Below are positions 37,452 through 47,083 of a stretch of 53,060 nucleotides of DNA, one piece after another. This DNA is from a virus (taxonomy: Duplodnaviria; Caudoviricetes), in the IMG/VR virus record IMGVR_UViG_3300048848_000290, positions 1 through 53,060 of that record, one strand, 5' to 3'. The translations under genes were made by a program, and so were the position numbers. How positions within the stretch are numbered: the first letter of the stretch is position 1; the number at the start of each line of letters is the position of its first letter. The notes beneath the pieces were generated by a model that was not told the origin of the DNA, did no database searches, and was given only the letters and a program-made list of their open reading frames with translations.

Positions 37452-37850
37452 ATGGGATTTCCGCGATTTAGAGGGCGATTTGCCGCCTATGAACTTAGCC
37501 CTGATGGGACCGACGCCACGATCGGGATTGACGCAAATGACAAGAGATTTGCATTTGAGATCGCGGTGGAACTGATCCCAGTTTTTATTGCCAACTTGCG
37601 GCGCATAGCTTCGGCTGCTGAACAGGCCCGAGCGCGGGCGAATCCCGACGCCCAGTTCAGAGCAGTGGCTCCGCTGGTTCCCGAAGGCGTCGGGGTCCAC
37701 AGGGATAATACGGACGGAACGATACAACTCACTTTTCATGTGGGGGGCGCTCGGGAGGCGTATCAGTTGAAAGAAGAGACTGCTCGGACGCTGGCGTCTC
37801 ACATGCAGCTGACGGCCGATGAGCCATGGACGCCTGAGAAACTTCAATAA
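37452..37850 (+). CDS. Hypothetical protein (moron)
   Basis: 132 aa, GAGGAG RBS, antisense within head operon. Confidence 0.6.
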   Translation: MGFPRFRGRFAAYELSPDGTDATIGIDANDKRFAFEIAVELIPVFIANLRRIASAAEQARARANPDAQFRAVAPLVPEGVGVHRDNTDGTIQLTFHVGGAREAYQLKEETARTLASHMQLTADEPWTPEKLQ

Positions 37851-37909
37851 AGCGGGTGCTTCTGAGCGGCATTTTCTTGACAACAAAATTTGGATAGTCC
37901 GCGTCCTTC

Positions 37910-38131
37910 ATGGCGTGGTTTCCTTGGGCCAAACGGAAAAGGGCTGGTTTAAAAATGGAACCGGAGGATGCTCTAAAAATCCTTGACGCCTGGGATGCGA
38001 AGCTGGCTGGAAGGCCTCCAACGCCGGGGGAGGCAAGAATATTGCTGAGATATCGAGCGATTGCCCAGAGCATGGACATGAGGGTGTACGACATGCTGAT
38101 TCAAAGCGGCGACGAGCCGGATGACGTCTAA
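37910..38131 (+). CDS. Hypothetical protein (moron)
   Basis: 73 aa ORF following the previous moron. Confidence 0.45.
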   Translation: MAWFPWAKRKRAGLKMEPEDALKILDAWDAKLAGRPPTPGEARILLRYRAIAQSMDMRVYDMLIQSGDEPDDV

Positions 38132-38185
38132 AGAAGCTATCCAGCTGTGCGCCGAGGCAGCGGCCGCGACCGCAGCGGCTTGTCG

Positions 38186-38464
38186 TCAATCCTTCGGTTC
38201 TTCAGCGAGCTTTTCGGTCAGCGTCATCGCATCCCAACCATGGAACGGTCGCTTGCCGAACTTCTCAGAATACTGGGTGCGGAGCGTGGTCAGATCATCG
38301 CTGGGATTCACGGACGGTGACCCGCCTTTTTTGTCGTCGCTGTCGTGGTCAAGCGGATCGGCGGCAATCACATCAGAACGCTCATAGCCGAGCTTTCCGA
38401 GCACGCGCGCGAACCGCGGGTCGCTAGCTGTGAGGGCGCGGGTCATGTAGCTCGACTTTTTCAT
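38186..38464 (-). CDS. Small capsid-associated protein (HeH/LEM-like C-terminus)
   Basis: LTTLRTQY...FGKRPFHGWD..TL.EK; AAGGAG RBS; follows MCP. Confidence 0.7.
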   Translation of the reverse strand: MKKSSYMTRALTASDPRFARVLGKLGYERSDVIAADPLDHDSDDKKGGSPSVNPSDDLTTLRTQYSEKFGKRPFHGWDAMTLTEKLAEEPKD

Positions 38465-38537
38465 TGCCGTCTCCTTACTCGGTGAGAAAGAGCCACCCCC
38501 ATTGAATGGGGATGGCAGTAGTCTTTGATCTGCTCGA

Positions 38538-40553
38538 TCACGGGCCTACAGGTTCAGGCTGACCCCATGTCGCGCCGGTGAGGATCGTGACGGCGGTCGG
38601 GCGACGGCGAGCCCAGTTGATGAACCGTTCGACGCGGAAGGCCACGCTGTTGGTCTGGAACATGGAAACCAGCGAAGTGGCACCGGTTGGCGTGCCCGAG
38701 TTGTGCGCCGGGTTGTCTGCCATCTCCAGCGATGCCTCGCGGGACATGTCGACCTGAATGCCTCCTTCATCCGCCAGATAGATGTCGCTGGCGTTCGCTA
38801 GAACAACGGTTCCAGACGGGATGTAGTCGGAGACGATCACCGGCATGCCGGCAAAAGTTCCGCCGTTCATGGAAATGCCGGGGAACTCAGGCTGACCGAG
38901 AGGATTGGTCATCATCGACAGGGCAAGAGCCGTAGTCGAGCCCATGATCCAGACACCGCTTGTCGGCGCATTCTGTGCCGCGATGAACGTTGCCATGAGG
39001 GCTCGGATGTCGGTGCGGATTGCGTCGGCGTCACCGCCAGACGACACGACCGCAGTCAAGCCATTGGTGATGGAAGCCGGAGAGACGCCTGCAACTGCAG
39101 CCTTAGCCGGGTTGACGAAGTCCGTATCGAGCCGAGCAGCGATTGCCGCGGCCAAGCTGTCACGCAGGAGGCCTTCAGCAGCCGGCGAAGCCCGACGCAG
39201 AAGCTCTTCCGTCACGACCGCAATGTTCGCCACCTTGTAGATGTCGAGGATATTGCGCTCGAAGCCGAAGCTGGTGAGCGGCTTGGCCTTGCCTTCGCCC
39301 ACCCAGTAGCCCTCGCCGCCTTCGGTCTGCCCGACAAGCGGGACGTTGAAGGGGACATTTCGGAGACCTGGAACACCATTCTGACCAAAGCGGCCCAGGA
39401 TTGTACGCGGACGAAGGTATTCGACAAAGTCGGCAATCACGTCGGTGCCTTCACCAACGAGGGCGCCGGCCCAGTTCCCTTCTGCCGTGGTTCCCGCGGG
39501 GACTGCAGCCTTCATGACAACACCGTAGACAGCCGAGTCCTCGCCATACAGCTCCTTGGCAACCGTGCGGACGCTCTCGCCATCCAGTTTCGCCAGGGCT
39601 TTGACCTTGGCCAGCCGCGCAAACCCGATGCCCTTTTCCAAGGCGGGAGCCTTGATCTGGACAGCGGAACGAGCAGCAGTGCCTTCAGCAGCGGTTTTGC
39701 CTGCGACAGGCTTTGCGCTGGCAGCCTGGCTCTTTTCCATGAGGCGCAGACGCTTCAGGTCGCCATCGATCGCTTCGACTTCCTGAGCGAGAGTGTCGAA
39801 TTCTTCCTGCTCGGCCTGGTCAGTCGAACGGCCTTCATCCATGGACTTCTGCATGACTTCTGCCATGCGCGCGGACTTCGCGTTGCGCGAAGCCTCCAGA
39901 GCAGCGATCTGCTCGGCAATCGTCTTCATTTCAATGCCCTCCTTGGGGCGCAGGTTGACGGGGTTGTGGGATTTTCCCGAAGCGCCGGGAGGGGTCTTCC
40001 CTGGGCGCTCGATGGTGCCGGTCGCGGCAGGAGCGTTCGTGTCGAAGGACTTGATGAGCGCGACACCGGCCGCGTCCATGTTCTTGATGCTCGTCATCAC
40101 CGCTTCCGGCTGGGCCGGGATGGTGACGGCGGAGAGCTCGTAGACCTCGGATTCGGCGAACTTGATGCCACCGTTTTCCATGAAGCTGTATTCGACGGCC
40201 CGGAATCCGATCGAGACGGCGCGGACCAGGCCGAGCTTGATAGACTGCCACGCCTCGTCGATGCGATCCTTGAGGGTGCCGGGCTCATCCATTACTGGGA
40301 GCTCGGCTTCGAATGTGATGCCATCCTTGGTCGGCGGATCGAATTTGACGGTGCCGATCGGCTTGCGCGCGTCGTGCTGCCAGAGGAACGGCATCGGGTT
40401 CGTGAACTTCACACCCAACGGCTCCACGATATCGCCAACGCGGTCAACGGCTGGCGTCGTGGCGATACCGCGGATGATCCGCTTTTCCTCGTTCACTGTC
40501 TTGATCGTCAGGAACGAGTATGCGCGGCGCGTCACTGTCATGACGTCCTCCAT
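38538..40553 (-). CDS. Fused prohead protease - HK97-fold major capsid protein
   Basis: N: GIATTP.VDR.GD...LWQH...PIG...SIGF...ELSAVTIPA; C: WVGEG..KP, VT.ELL, G.PV.VS, FQ.N.VA.R.ER. Confidence 0.93.
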   Translation of the reverse strand: MEDVMTVTRRAYSFLTIKTVNEEKRIIRGIATTPAVDRVGDIVEPLGVKFTNPMPFLWQHDARKPIGTVKFDPPTKDGITFEAELPVMDEPGTLKDRIDEAWQSIKLGLVRAVSIGFRAVEYSFMENGGIKFAESEVYELSAVTIPAQPEAVMTSIKNMDAAGVALIKSFDTNAPAATGTIERPGKTPPGASGKSHNPVNLRPKEGIEMKTIAEQIAALEASRNAKSARMAEVMQKSMDEGRSTDQAEQEEFDTLAQEVEAIDGDLKRLRLMEKSQAASAKPVAGKTAAEGTAARSAVQIKAPALEKGIGFARLAKVKALAKLDGESVRTVAKELYGEDSAVYGVVMKAAVPAGTTAEGNWAGALVGEGTDVIADFVEYLRPRTILGRFGQNGVPGLRNVPFNVPLVGQTEGGEGYWVGEGKAKPLTSFGFERNILDIYKVANIAVVTEELLRRASPAAEGLLRDSLAAAIAARLDTDFVNPAKAAVAGVSPASITNGLTAVVSSGGDADAIRTDIRALMATFIAAQNAPTSGVWIMGSTTALALSMMTNPLGQPEFPGISMNGGTFAGMPVIVSDYIPSGTVVLANASDIYLADEGGIQVDMSREASLEMADNPAHNSGTPTGATSLVSMFQTNSVAFRVERFINWARRRPTAVTILTGATWGQPEPVGP

Positions 40554-40575
40554 TCATCAAAGGGTTTCGGGGTGG

Positions 40576-42273
40576 TCAGCCGACGACCAGCATCTGGTAT
40601 TGCGGCTTTCGCTTTGGTTCCGGGTTCCGGCTCATCACCGTGACCGCGTTGAAGAGCGCCATGGCGAGGTCGATCTTGGCGTCGCCAGCATTCTGCTTGG
40701 TGGCTCGTATGGCCGTGGCCGTCGGCTCGATCTTCAGGTTCGAGACGCACCACTGCATAAGGCCGGCACCCGAGTGGCGCAGCGTCCCGTTTGCGAGCTT
40801 CCGTTCCGTCGTCTTGATGGCGTTCATCAGCTGGTAGCCCTGCGGCACGCCGATCAACATTCCCTCTTCCTGTGTGACGCCGATCTCGTCGAGCGCCTCG
40901 ACCATCTCACCAAGGCCGGCCGGGTCGACTGCGACACAGGCAAGCAAGCCGGCGTCCTTGATCTGGGCGATGATGCCGACGATCTCCGAGATATCCGCCA
41001 GTTCGTCATCGACAATCGTCAGTTCGCCGTCGTTCTCGAACGTTTTGAGCTTCGTGGCGATGGACTGGCGCCGCTTCAGCACGCCGTGATGGCACCAGCC
41101 ATGAACCCAGCATAGCCACTCCCGCGTATTGCTGTGACGTCCAACGACCGCCAGTCCGAACAGGTCGTCGAGACCGCCCCCATCCAATCCCGGTACGATG
41201 ACGTCGCAGTTCGCAAGCAGATAGTCGAGCGTGATGATTTCGCTTGCGCGACCGTTCCAGAGGTCGGCGCCCGGCCACCTATTGGCGCGCAGGTTCATAC
41301 CGATCTCGACATTCAGGTGCTTTGCAAGGAACGTAGCGAGCGTCGTTCGATCGCCAGCCAGTTCCTTCGTCATTTCGTCCTGCAACCACTCCTGGCTGAC
41401 TGATCGACCGAGGTTTGGGTTGGTGACATAGAAGTTCGCCGGGTCTTCGTATGCCTTCGCCTTGATCATTTCGCGCGGAAACTCGTAGATCACCGGCAAG
41501 AATTTGCGGTTCTCTATGACGCCATCCCGGATGTTTCGGGCATAGTCGAGCTTGGCTTTGAACACGCCGGCCGGCGGCTCGTCGCTCTGCGTCGACAGCG
41601 TGATGATGAAACCTTCCGGCCGTGAGACCAACCCCCCTGTGGCTTCACGCAACATCGCATCCGCATTCGGCCGCTTGCCGAAGACCCAGAGCTCGTCGAT
41701 CAGTATCCGGCCGGACTTTTTCCCCGAGACCGTGTCGGTATCCGCGGCGACGACTTTCAAGACGGCATCGTTGCCGAGATGCTTAATCGTCCGAAGATGA
41801 TCCTGGACGACGAGGAACCCGCCTTCATCGGCGTTGGCATCCAGTTCCGGATCTGCGCGTACCATCGCGGCGGCCGGCTTATAGCTGTTCTGCGCGACCT
41901 CGATCGTTGGCGCCAGGATCAACAGCTCTTCATTATGCCGCCAGTTGACGATCAACGCCGTCAACATGATCGCAGCGGCGATGGTCGACTTGGTGTTCTT
42001 CTTGCTGATCAGCAGAAAGAACTCCGTAATAAGCTGCTTTCCCGTCTCTGCGTCGTAGGCGCCAAAGATGGCGGAGACGAAATCGAATACCCACTCGTCG
42101 CTCACCTCACCGAAGGTCGGTTGCCCCGGTAGATCGGTGACCTTTAGCGCTTTAAAGACGCTCAGCGCATATTCCGCCTCGCTCGAAAAAAGCGGCTGAA
42201 ACGGGATAAGGGATCGCCGCGATACGATCCGCTTGTCCCAGTCAGGACAGGCCGTCGTCCAGTGCAACGTCAC
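40576..42273 (-). CDS. terL: Terminase large subunit
   Basis: Walker A-like ISKKNTKST, Walker B ILIDE, NP.LG.S, GLDGGGLDDL nuclease motif, KIDL.MA. Confidence 0.93.
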   Translation of the reverse strand: MTLHWTTACPDWDKRIVSRRSLIPFQPLFSSEAEYALSVFKALKVTDLPGQPTFGEVSDEWVFDFVSAIFGAYDAETGKQLITEFFLLISKKNTKSTIAAAIMLTALIVNWRHNEELLILAPTIEVAQNSYKPAAAMVRADPELDANADEGGFLVVQDHLRTIKHLGNDAVLKVVAADTDTVSGKKSGRILIDELWVFGKRPNADAMLREATGGLVSRPEGFIITLSTQSDEPPAGVFKAKLDYARNIRDGVIENRKFLPVIYEFPREMIKAKAYEDPANFYVTNPNLGRSVSQEWLQDEMTKELAGDRTTLATFLAKHLNVEIGMNLRANRWPGADLWNGRASEIITLDYLLANCDVIVPGLDGGGLDDLFGLAVVGRHSNTREWLCWVHGWCHHGVLKRRQSIATKLKTFENDGELTIVDDELADISEIVGIIAQIKDAGLLACVAVDPAGLGEMVEALDEIGVTQEEGMLIGVPQGYQLMNAIKTTERKLANGTLRHSGAGLMQWCVSNLKIEPTATAIRATKQNAGDAKIDLAMALFNAVTVMSRNPEPKRKPQYQMLVVG

Positions 42274-42812
42274 TTGTTGTCGACCACCAGTTTCGGGCCA
42301 GGCCGCTGCGCGAATTTGCCACCACCCGCTGCCGCCGCAGCTGCTGCATCCTTTCGAGCAGCCTTTTTGCCTGAAGGTGCGGAAGCTTCCGACAGCGTCT
42401 TCAGCGTAGCGCTGATGTCCTTTAGCGTTTTTGCACGCTCGGCCAAGGAGATTGCCTTCAGCAAAGCCTGGCGGCGCCGGCTGTCGCTCTCCTCAGCACA
42501 GATCATGTCTTCGAGCTCACCATGCAGTGAAGTCACGGCGTCGAGCTCATCCATCATTCTGCCGGCAATGGCTTTGCCCTTTTCGGAAAGATCAGCGGGT
42601 GTTTCCACCACCTCGGTCAACCTCTCGACCCGCTCCCGTCGATCGAGATGCTTCGGCTGCGTTGCCCGGGTCCAGTTGTCAGCCTTGGCCCGCTTGTTGA
42701 TCGCCGTGTGGGAAACGCCGTACCACCGGGCGATATCGCGGACGCTCATGGCGCCTGCGCGGTAGTCCGTTTCAATGCCTTGCCAGTCGATGGGCTTATT
42801 TTCTTTTGCCAT
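42270..42812 (-). CDS. terS: Terminase small subunit
   Basis: DW..IE.DYRAG..SVR.IA..YGVSHTAINKRAK...W.R HTH; C-terminal GKKA..; coupled to terL. Confidence 0.8.
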   Translation of the reverse strand: MAKENKPIDWQGIETDYRAGAMSVRDIARWYGVSHTAINKRAKADNWTRATQPKHLDRRERVERLTEVVETPADLSEKGKAIAGRMMDELDAVTSLHGELEDMICAEESDSRRRQALLKAISLAERAKTLKDISATLKTLSEASAPSGKKAARKDAAAAAAAGGGKFAQRPGPKLVVDNK

Positions 42813-42925
42813 GGTTTCCACTCTGGTTTCCGGATGGAAACTCTCAGATGAGAAAAAATCTCTCGATGTGGGGGACGCGGGTCCGGCCGCCGAAGGGGTC
42901 TTTAGGTGGACATGCCCCCCCAGGG
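42813..42925 (-). other. Probable cos/packaging region
   Basis: Between HNH and terS; G7 run, GGACCCGCGTCCCC, GATTTTTT, and repeated GTTTCCA/GGAAACC boxes. Confidence 0.45.
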
Positions 42926-43155
42926 TCACCGTCTCGGAGGCGGTGGGCGATGCATCGGCGGGGTCGGGAACACCTTTGTCCACCCACTGCCGCATCATGC
43001 CACGGGTCGCCTCGACCGCTGTAAGGGTTCCACTGACCAGCTACGCCGCACTTGCATTCGAGCCTGACATCGTAGCTGAACAATCTGCGGAACTTGACTT
43101 GAGGGTCGGCACCACAAGGGCATGCGGCGATGACGGTGCGAGGCCGGTAGCTCAT
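42844..43155 (-). CDS. Small Cys-rich protein (Lar-like zinc ribbon), 3' end uncertain
   Basis: CPCG...ECKCG; runs into the presumed cos region. Confidence 0.35.
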   Translation of the reverse strand: MSYRPRTVIAACPCGADPQVKFRRLFSYDVRLECKCGVAGQWNPYSGRGDPWHDAAVGGQRCSRPRRCIAHRLRDGDPGGACPPKDPFGGRTRVPHIERFFLI

Positions 43156-43162
43156 ACTGCTG

Positions 43163-43531
43163 TCACCCTTCCAAGGCTGACTTGCGCTCCTCGGCCTGGA
43201 TGAGGCTGTCATGGATGCGCTTGGTTACCGTCTCGATGTTGTTGATGTCCCAGAAGAGGGCCGGGTCACCGTGGTGCGGGGTCTTGTGGTTGGCGACTGG
43301 TGCGTTCGGATCGTTGCCGGTGCCCGCACATATCTCTCCGCTTCGCTGGCAGGTGTAGAGGTCTCGCTCGAAGGCCTGGCGCCTCAACCGTTCCCACCGC
43401 GGCGTCTTGTACCAGGCTCTCCAGGGCTGGGTGTTGCGGCGGTGCTGGTCCCGAGACTTCTCTCCCTGCATCCTGCCAACCAATGGCTTGATCGTTGCGA
43501 CAAGGGGCTTGATCGTCCTCACCTTGGCCAT
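43163..43531 (-). CDS. HNH endonuclease (packaging-associated)
   Basis: WY.TPRW..LR....RD.Y.CQ...VANHK.PH.GD..LFWD..N......HDS. Confidence 0.88.
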   Translation of the reverse strand: MAKVRTIKPLVATIKPLVGRMQGEKSRDQHRRNTQPWRAWYKTPRWERLRRQAFERDLYTCQRSGEICAGTGNDPNAPVANHKTPHHGDPALFWDINNIETVTKRIHDSLIQAEERKSALEG

Positions 43532-43626
43532 TGCACCGATATCCACTGCTGACGGGTCGTTCCTTGCCGAACCTTCTCAGCCCTCCGTGGTTGTGGACGG
43601 TCGGCACGACGTTCTGGAGGAAAGAC

Positions 43627-43827
43627 ATGACAGAACCCGCACACCGCAGCGTGATCAGGGAAATCACTGCTGACGGCTATCTGATCACCACAATCGAGAA
43701 TGGGAAGGAGATCCGAACGCGGCTCTTTACCGATCGAGATGAGGCTAACACCTACCTCGTAGAGGAACGTCGCCGAATGGGCTTGCCTGATCGAGTTCGC
43801 CCCACTCGCGCGGTCCGCCGCAATTGA
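43627..43827 (+). CDS. Small hypothetical protein (moron)
   Basis: GGAGG RBS; CGAAC-N18-TT at 43568-43592. Confidence 0.6.
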   Translation: MTEPAHRSVIREITADGYLITTIENGKEIRTRLFTDRDEANTYLVEERRRMGLPDRVRPTRAVRRN

Positions 43828-43988
43828 TCGTTGGCTTCAGAGGCAGCAGCCGCAGCTTGCGTTGGCGGCTGGCCAAACGCTCTCCTGCCAAGGCCTTCTG
43901 ATCACATTAACCATCCTGACGATCGATTGAACCTCTTCGGAACAGGCGAGGTATAAGCAATTAACCGTACCGTCAGGAGGAATTGCTT

Positions 43989-44231
43989 ATGAGCTTCGTC
44001 CTACAGAAGCACCAGCAACAAGTGCTCGACGCGGTCCAAGCCTATCGGTCGGAGATTGAAGAGATCGAGGCCCACGTCCGCATGAGGGCAATGTCCAACA
44101 ATGTTAGCGATTCTGAGCTGGCCTTGCTTCGACGTCTGAAGGACGAAAAATCCCAGATCCTTTACCGCTACGAAAACTTGGTTGAGGCCTTCAAAGCCGT
44201 GCTCGGAGACATCAACCTCGCTGCGGAGTGA
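43989..44231 (+). CDS. Small coiled-coil protein (moron)
   Basis: AGGAGG RBS; GGAAC-N17-TT at 43939-43962. Confidence 0.7.
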   Translation: MSFVLQKHQQQVLDAVQAYRSEIEEIEAHVRMRAMSNNVSDSELALLRRLKDEKSQILYRYENLVEAFKAVLGDINLAAE

Positions 44232-44256
44232 GGCGCGCGGCTGCATTCAAGGCGAC

Positions 44257-44281
44257 GGAACTTTGACGCGCGAAGCCAGTT
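44257..44281 (+). promoter_or_regulatory. sigma-EcfG/RpoE2-type promoter motif
   Basis: GGAAC-N18-TT (-10 AGTT), 8 nt before ATG 44290. Confidence 0.6.
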
Positions 44282-44289
44282 AGCTGCGA

Positions 44290-44454
44290 ATGAAAAACTC
44301 AGAACGCAACGCCAGCGCCCGCACGATCAGGTTCGTCCTGGCTATATTCGGCATCGCCGTTTTGATAACGGTGATATATTTGGTCCTGCTGATGCCGAGA
44401 GAGCCCCAGGAAGGTCAGACGCCACCGCACGCCATCAATCAAAGCACTCCATGA
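44290..44454 (+). CDS. 54-aa single-TM protein, probably leaderless (not in ORF track)
   Basis: MKNSERNASARTIRFVLAIFGIAVLITVIYLVLLMPREPQ... Confidence 0.55.
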   Translation: MKNSERNASARTIRFVLAIFGIAVLITVIYLVLLMPREPQEGQTPPHAINQSTP

Positions 44455-44550
44455 ACGCGGCGAAATGGCTGAACGCCTCAGTTTGGGGGTATCCTCGAAT
44501 TGAGGAGGGGCTTCCGCCCGGAGAAATTGGCAAATTTTCGGGAAGACTGT

Positions 44551-44575
44551 TCGGGCCGCCGACCGACCCGGCTAT
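44551..44575 (-). repeat. Hairpin element copy 2
   Basis: Minus strand ATAGCCGGGTCGGTCGGCGGCCCGA; same as 46422-46445 with one extra G. Confidence 0.8.
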
Positions 44576-44787
44576 ACTGACGACCTGAATGGCCGTGAAG
44601 ACCTTGAGCATCAGGTTCGGATGTTCACCGACGTCATCAATGATATGAAAGCCAGGCAGGCTACAGCTGGCCACTGTCAGCGCGTCGCCGACTACGAGCA
44701 GATAGTCGCAGAACTCAAAGCAGCTCTCGCTGCGATGGCTCCGTCGCGTCTGCATTAAAATTCGGAAGCTTACACTCCCTTGGGGAA

Positions 44788-45030
44788 TCAGCCGAAATCG
44801 CCTTGCGAATAGTCGACGTAAATTGATCCGATGGTCTTTCCAACGCTGTCCTTCACTTCATGGAATCCGTCATCGAATTCCCCTAGTTCGACGCGATCAG
44901 CGAGAGCCCGCAAGGTATCAGCAGCCCACTTATTGTTAACTGCAACGGTCGGACCGGTGATATTCAGTTCCACATCACATTTCAGATATTGGGTGAAATC
45001 GGATTCATCGTCCACGGGCGGCCCCCTCAC
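44788..45030 (-). CDS. Small acidic hypothetical protein
   Basis: 80 aa ORF. Confidence 0.55.
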   Translation of the reverse strand: MRGPPVDDESDFTQYLKCDVELNITGPTVAVNNKWAADTLRALADRVELGEFDDGFHEVKDSVGKTIGSIYVDYSQGDFG

Positions 45031-45190
45031 TTCCTACAACCCAATGTAAAGAGAAGAACGCGCCACCTGACAAGCCAGGGGCTGTTGGCGCATTGGCCCG
45101 ATTTCCAGCCCCTCGACTCTTTCAACGCGGATGCGATCTCGGGGCTGAACAAAGCGCAGGAAATGCACCCAGATAAAATATTGGGTACTT

Positions 45191-46204
45191 CTACGCAGAT
45201 TTAATTAATCTCAGCGTGCCATCTGGCGAGCTCGCATACATCTGCAAAGCGCCCTCCGGCAAGATTCCCCTAAGCTTATCGGCATATTCTGCCGCCACCC
45301 TGGGCTCATTGGCTGGGAGTATGGAACTCAGCGCTGTTCCAACATCTGTCAAAATATAAACCGGTATTGAGGGCGTGCCGTCATTATTCGAAAGTATCTC
45401 GTTACTCCCGTAGTCGATCGCAGTATCTTGGGGGATGGCTAAAGCCACACTGCCGAACGGCGAAATCCAAAGCTTCTTTCCCGCAGTGGTGGCCGCCGAA
45501 CCAAATAGTCTAGACTGGCCTCCAAATCCGGGGTCTACAAGCAAGCCAGCACCAACCAGTTTCAGGGTTGTGTTAAAATCCAAATCCGGGTTCATCAGCG
45601 GCTTGATCAAAACATCACCTACCTGATAACGCATGAGCGTTTCGAAAATCCGCGCGGTCTCACCATCCAGTTCATCTGTTGTACGTAATACCTTCGAACT
45701 GAAAGTCCCTGGTTTCCTGATTTCACCAGCTAGAATGCGACCCCACCGTTCTCTAAGTTGCTCGGTTGTTGCAGTTTCAGCATAGCCTTCAAATCGCCCC
45801 ATAAACTCCTCGCTTACGAGTTCGGGTCCCGACGCAGCCTGCTCATCGCTGGGAACATTCTGGCGTAAGTCTTCTACGGCCGCCCCGACAACAGCATCCT
45901 TGTTGATCTGGGCCTGCGCTATTTTCTTGAAATGGTTTTCGAATGCTCGCTTGGCGAATTCGTCGTCCAGCCCCATGCGCTCTACACCGTACTTTGCAGC
46001 AGCTTCTATCAAAGCGCGCTCTCCTTCAATGTGAGCGCGCCGCCGAGAGAGGCCCCCTTCGAGTAGGACATTGCCCCAGTCGGCGACATTCCCAACAAGG
46101 CGGTCGATTGCCGCAACAGTTCTACTTTTGGCAGCGGCTTTCACGCCAGTTTCCGTTATTTCGGCGGAAACAGATGTCTCAGTGTTCAGATGATCCTCGG
46201 CCAT
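45191..46204 (-). CDS. DUF2806-domain protein (moron)
   Basis: EFM.RF..YAE....EQLRERWGRILAGEIRKPGTFS; AAGGAGG RBS before ATG 46204; AT-richer. Confidence 0.8.
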   Translation of the reverse strand: MAEDHLNTETSVSAEITETGVKAAAKSRTVAAIDRLVGNVADWGNVLLEGGLSRRRAHIEGERALIEAAAKYGVERMGLDDEFAKRAFENHFKKIAQAQINKDAVVGAAVEDLRQNVPSDEQAASGPELVSEEFMGRFEGYAETATTEQLRERWGRILAGEIRKPGTFSSKVLRTTDELDGETARIFETLMRYQVGDVLIKPLMNPDLDFNTTLKLVGAGLLVDPGFGGQSRLFGSAATTAGKKLWISPFGSVALAIPQDTAIDYGSNEILSNNDGTPSIPVYILTDVGTALSSILPANEPRVAAEYADKLRGILPEGALQMYASSPDGTLRLIKSA

Positions 46205-46421
46205 GATCGGTCCTCCTTCCGGGATACGATCACGCACTGTCCGATTCTCTGCAACCAGTGATGCTAAAATAGATTGCGTCTTGCTCAAAGGACGCGCCCA
46301 AGCTCGCCTTGTGGGCCGGGAATAAGCGGAGCCGCCGGGTGCGATACAAGAATTGCCCGATGTTCTGAGCTACTTAGGACGCTTGGGTAATCAACATCGG
46401 ACAATATTTCGGATTGGGCGC

Positions 46422-46445
46422 TCGGGCCGCGACCGACCCGGCTAT
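46422..46445 (-). repeat. Hairpin element copy 1
   Basis: Minus strand ATAGCCGGGTCGGTCGCGGCCCGA, 80 nt after the nusG-like stop. Confidence 0.8.
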
Positions 46446-46525
46446 GGAGCCGGCGAGTATTCCATCGTCCGCCAGACGCTCCGCAAATCGCGATGAGGAA
46501 TAAATACCTTCTCCTCGAAAAACAA

Positions 46526-47083
46526 TCAAGTCGCCTCTAGCTGCTTCCTTTCGAATTCCACAGGCGTCATTCTCCCGAAAAGATCGAGCAACGCTGATAT
46601 TGTGCCACGCTCCGTGACTTCCTTGATGACCGCGCTGAGGCCAATGAAACATCCATCAGTAACGCGAAATTCGCCGCCTGTAGGAAAAGCTTCCTCAAGT
46701 TTCGCAATTCGCTGCTGCTTCGAATGTTCGAGCCGGTCGAATTCGCCGTTGATCTGGTCCGTATAGATCGCCTGTATCTCGTCTGGGTGGATCGCTAGCG
46801 GCTTCTCACCCCCCAAATACCGAACCACGTGATCCCGGATCAAATGCATCTTGTCACGGCTAATCGAGACAAACGCATAGCCTGGCAGCGCAGGATACTC
46901 CCGGGATCTGATCTTATGCGTCCGATGGTTTTTCACCTCCCAGCGCCCGTAGGGAACATAGCTGCGGAAGTAGACATCATTCCGCCCGCAGATCCGCTCC
47001 ATCTCGAAGGCTGCCCCCAACTCATCGCCTGGCATCACCTGGGCAACAAACCAGAACTCGAGTCCAGCGTCGAATATCTTCAT
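46526..47083 (-). CDS. NusG-paralog transcription antiterminator (NGN + KOW)
   Basis: WFVAQV.PG.E...PALPGY.FV; KOW G..FRVTDG.F.GL...I......LDLFGR.TPVE. Confidence 0.88.
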   Translation of the reverse strand: MKIFDAGLEFWFVAQVMPGDELGAAFEMERICGRNDVYFRSYVPYGRWEVKNHRTHKIRSREYPALPGYAFVSISRDKMHLIRDHVVRYLGGEKPLAIHPDEIQAIYTDQINGEFDRLEHSKQQRIAKLEEAFPTGGEFRVTDGCFIGLSAVIKEVTERGTISALLDLFGRMTPVEFERKQLEAT

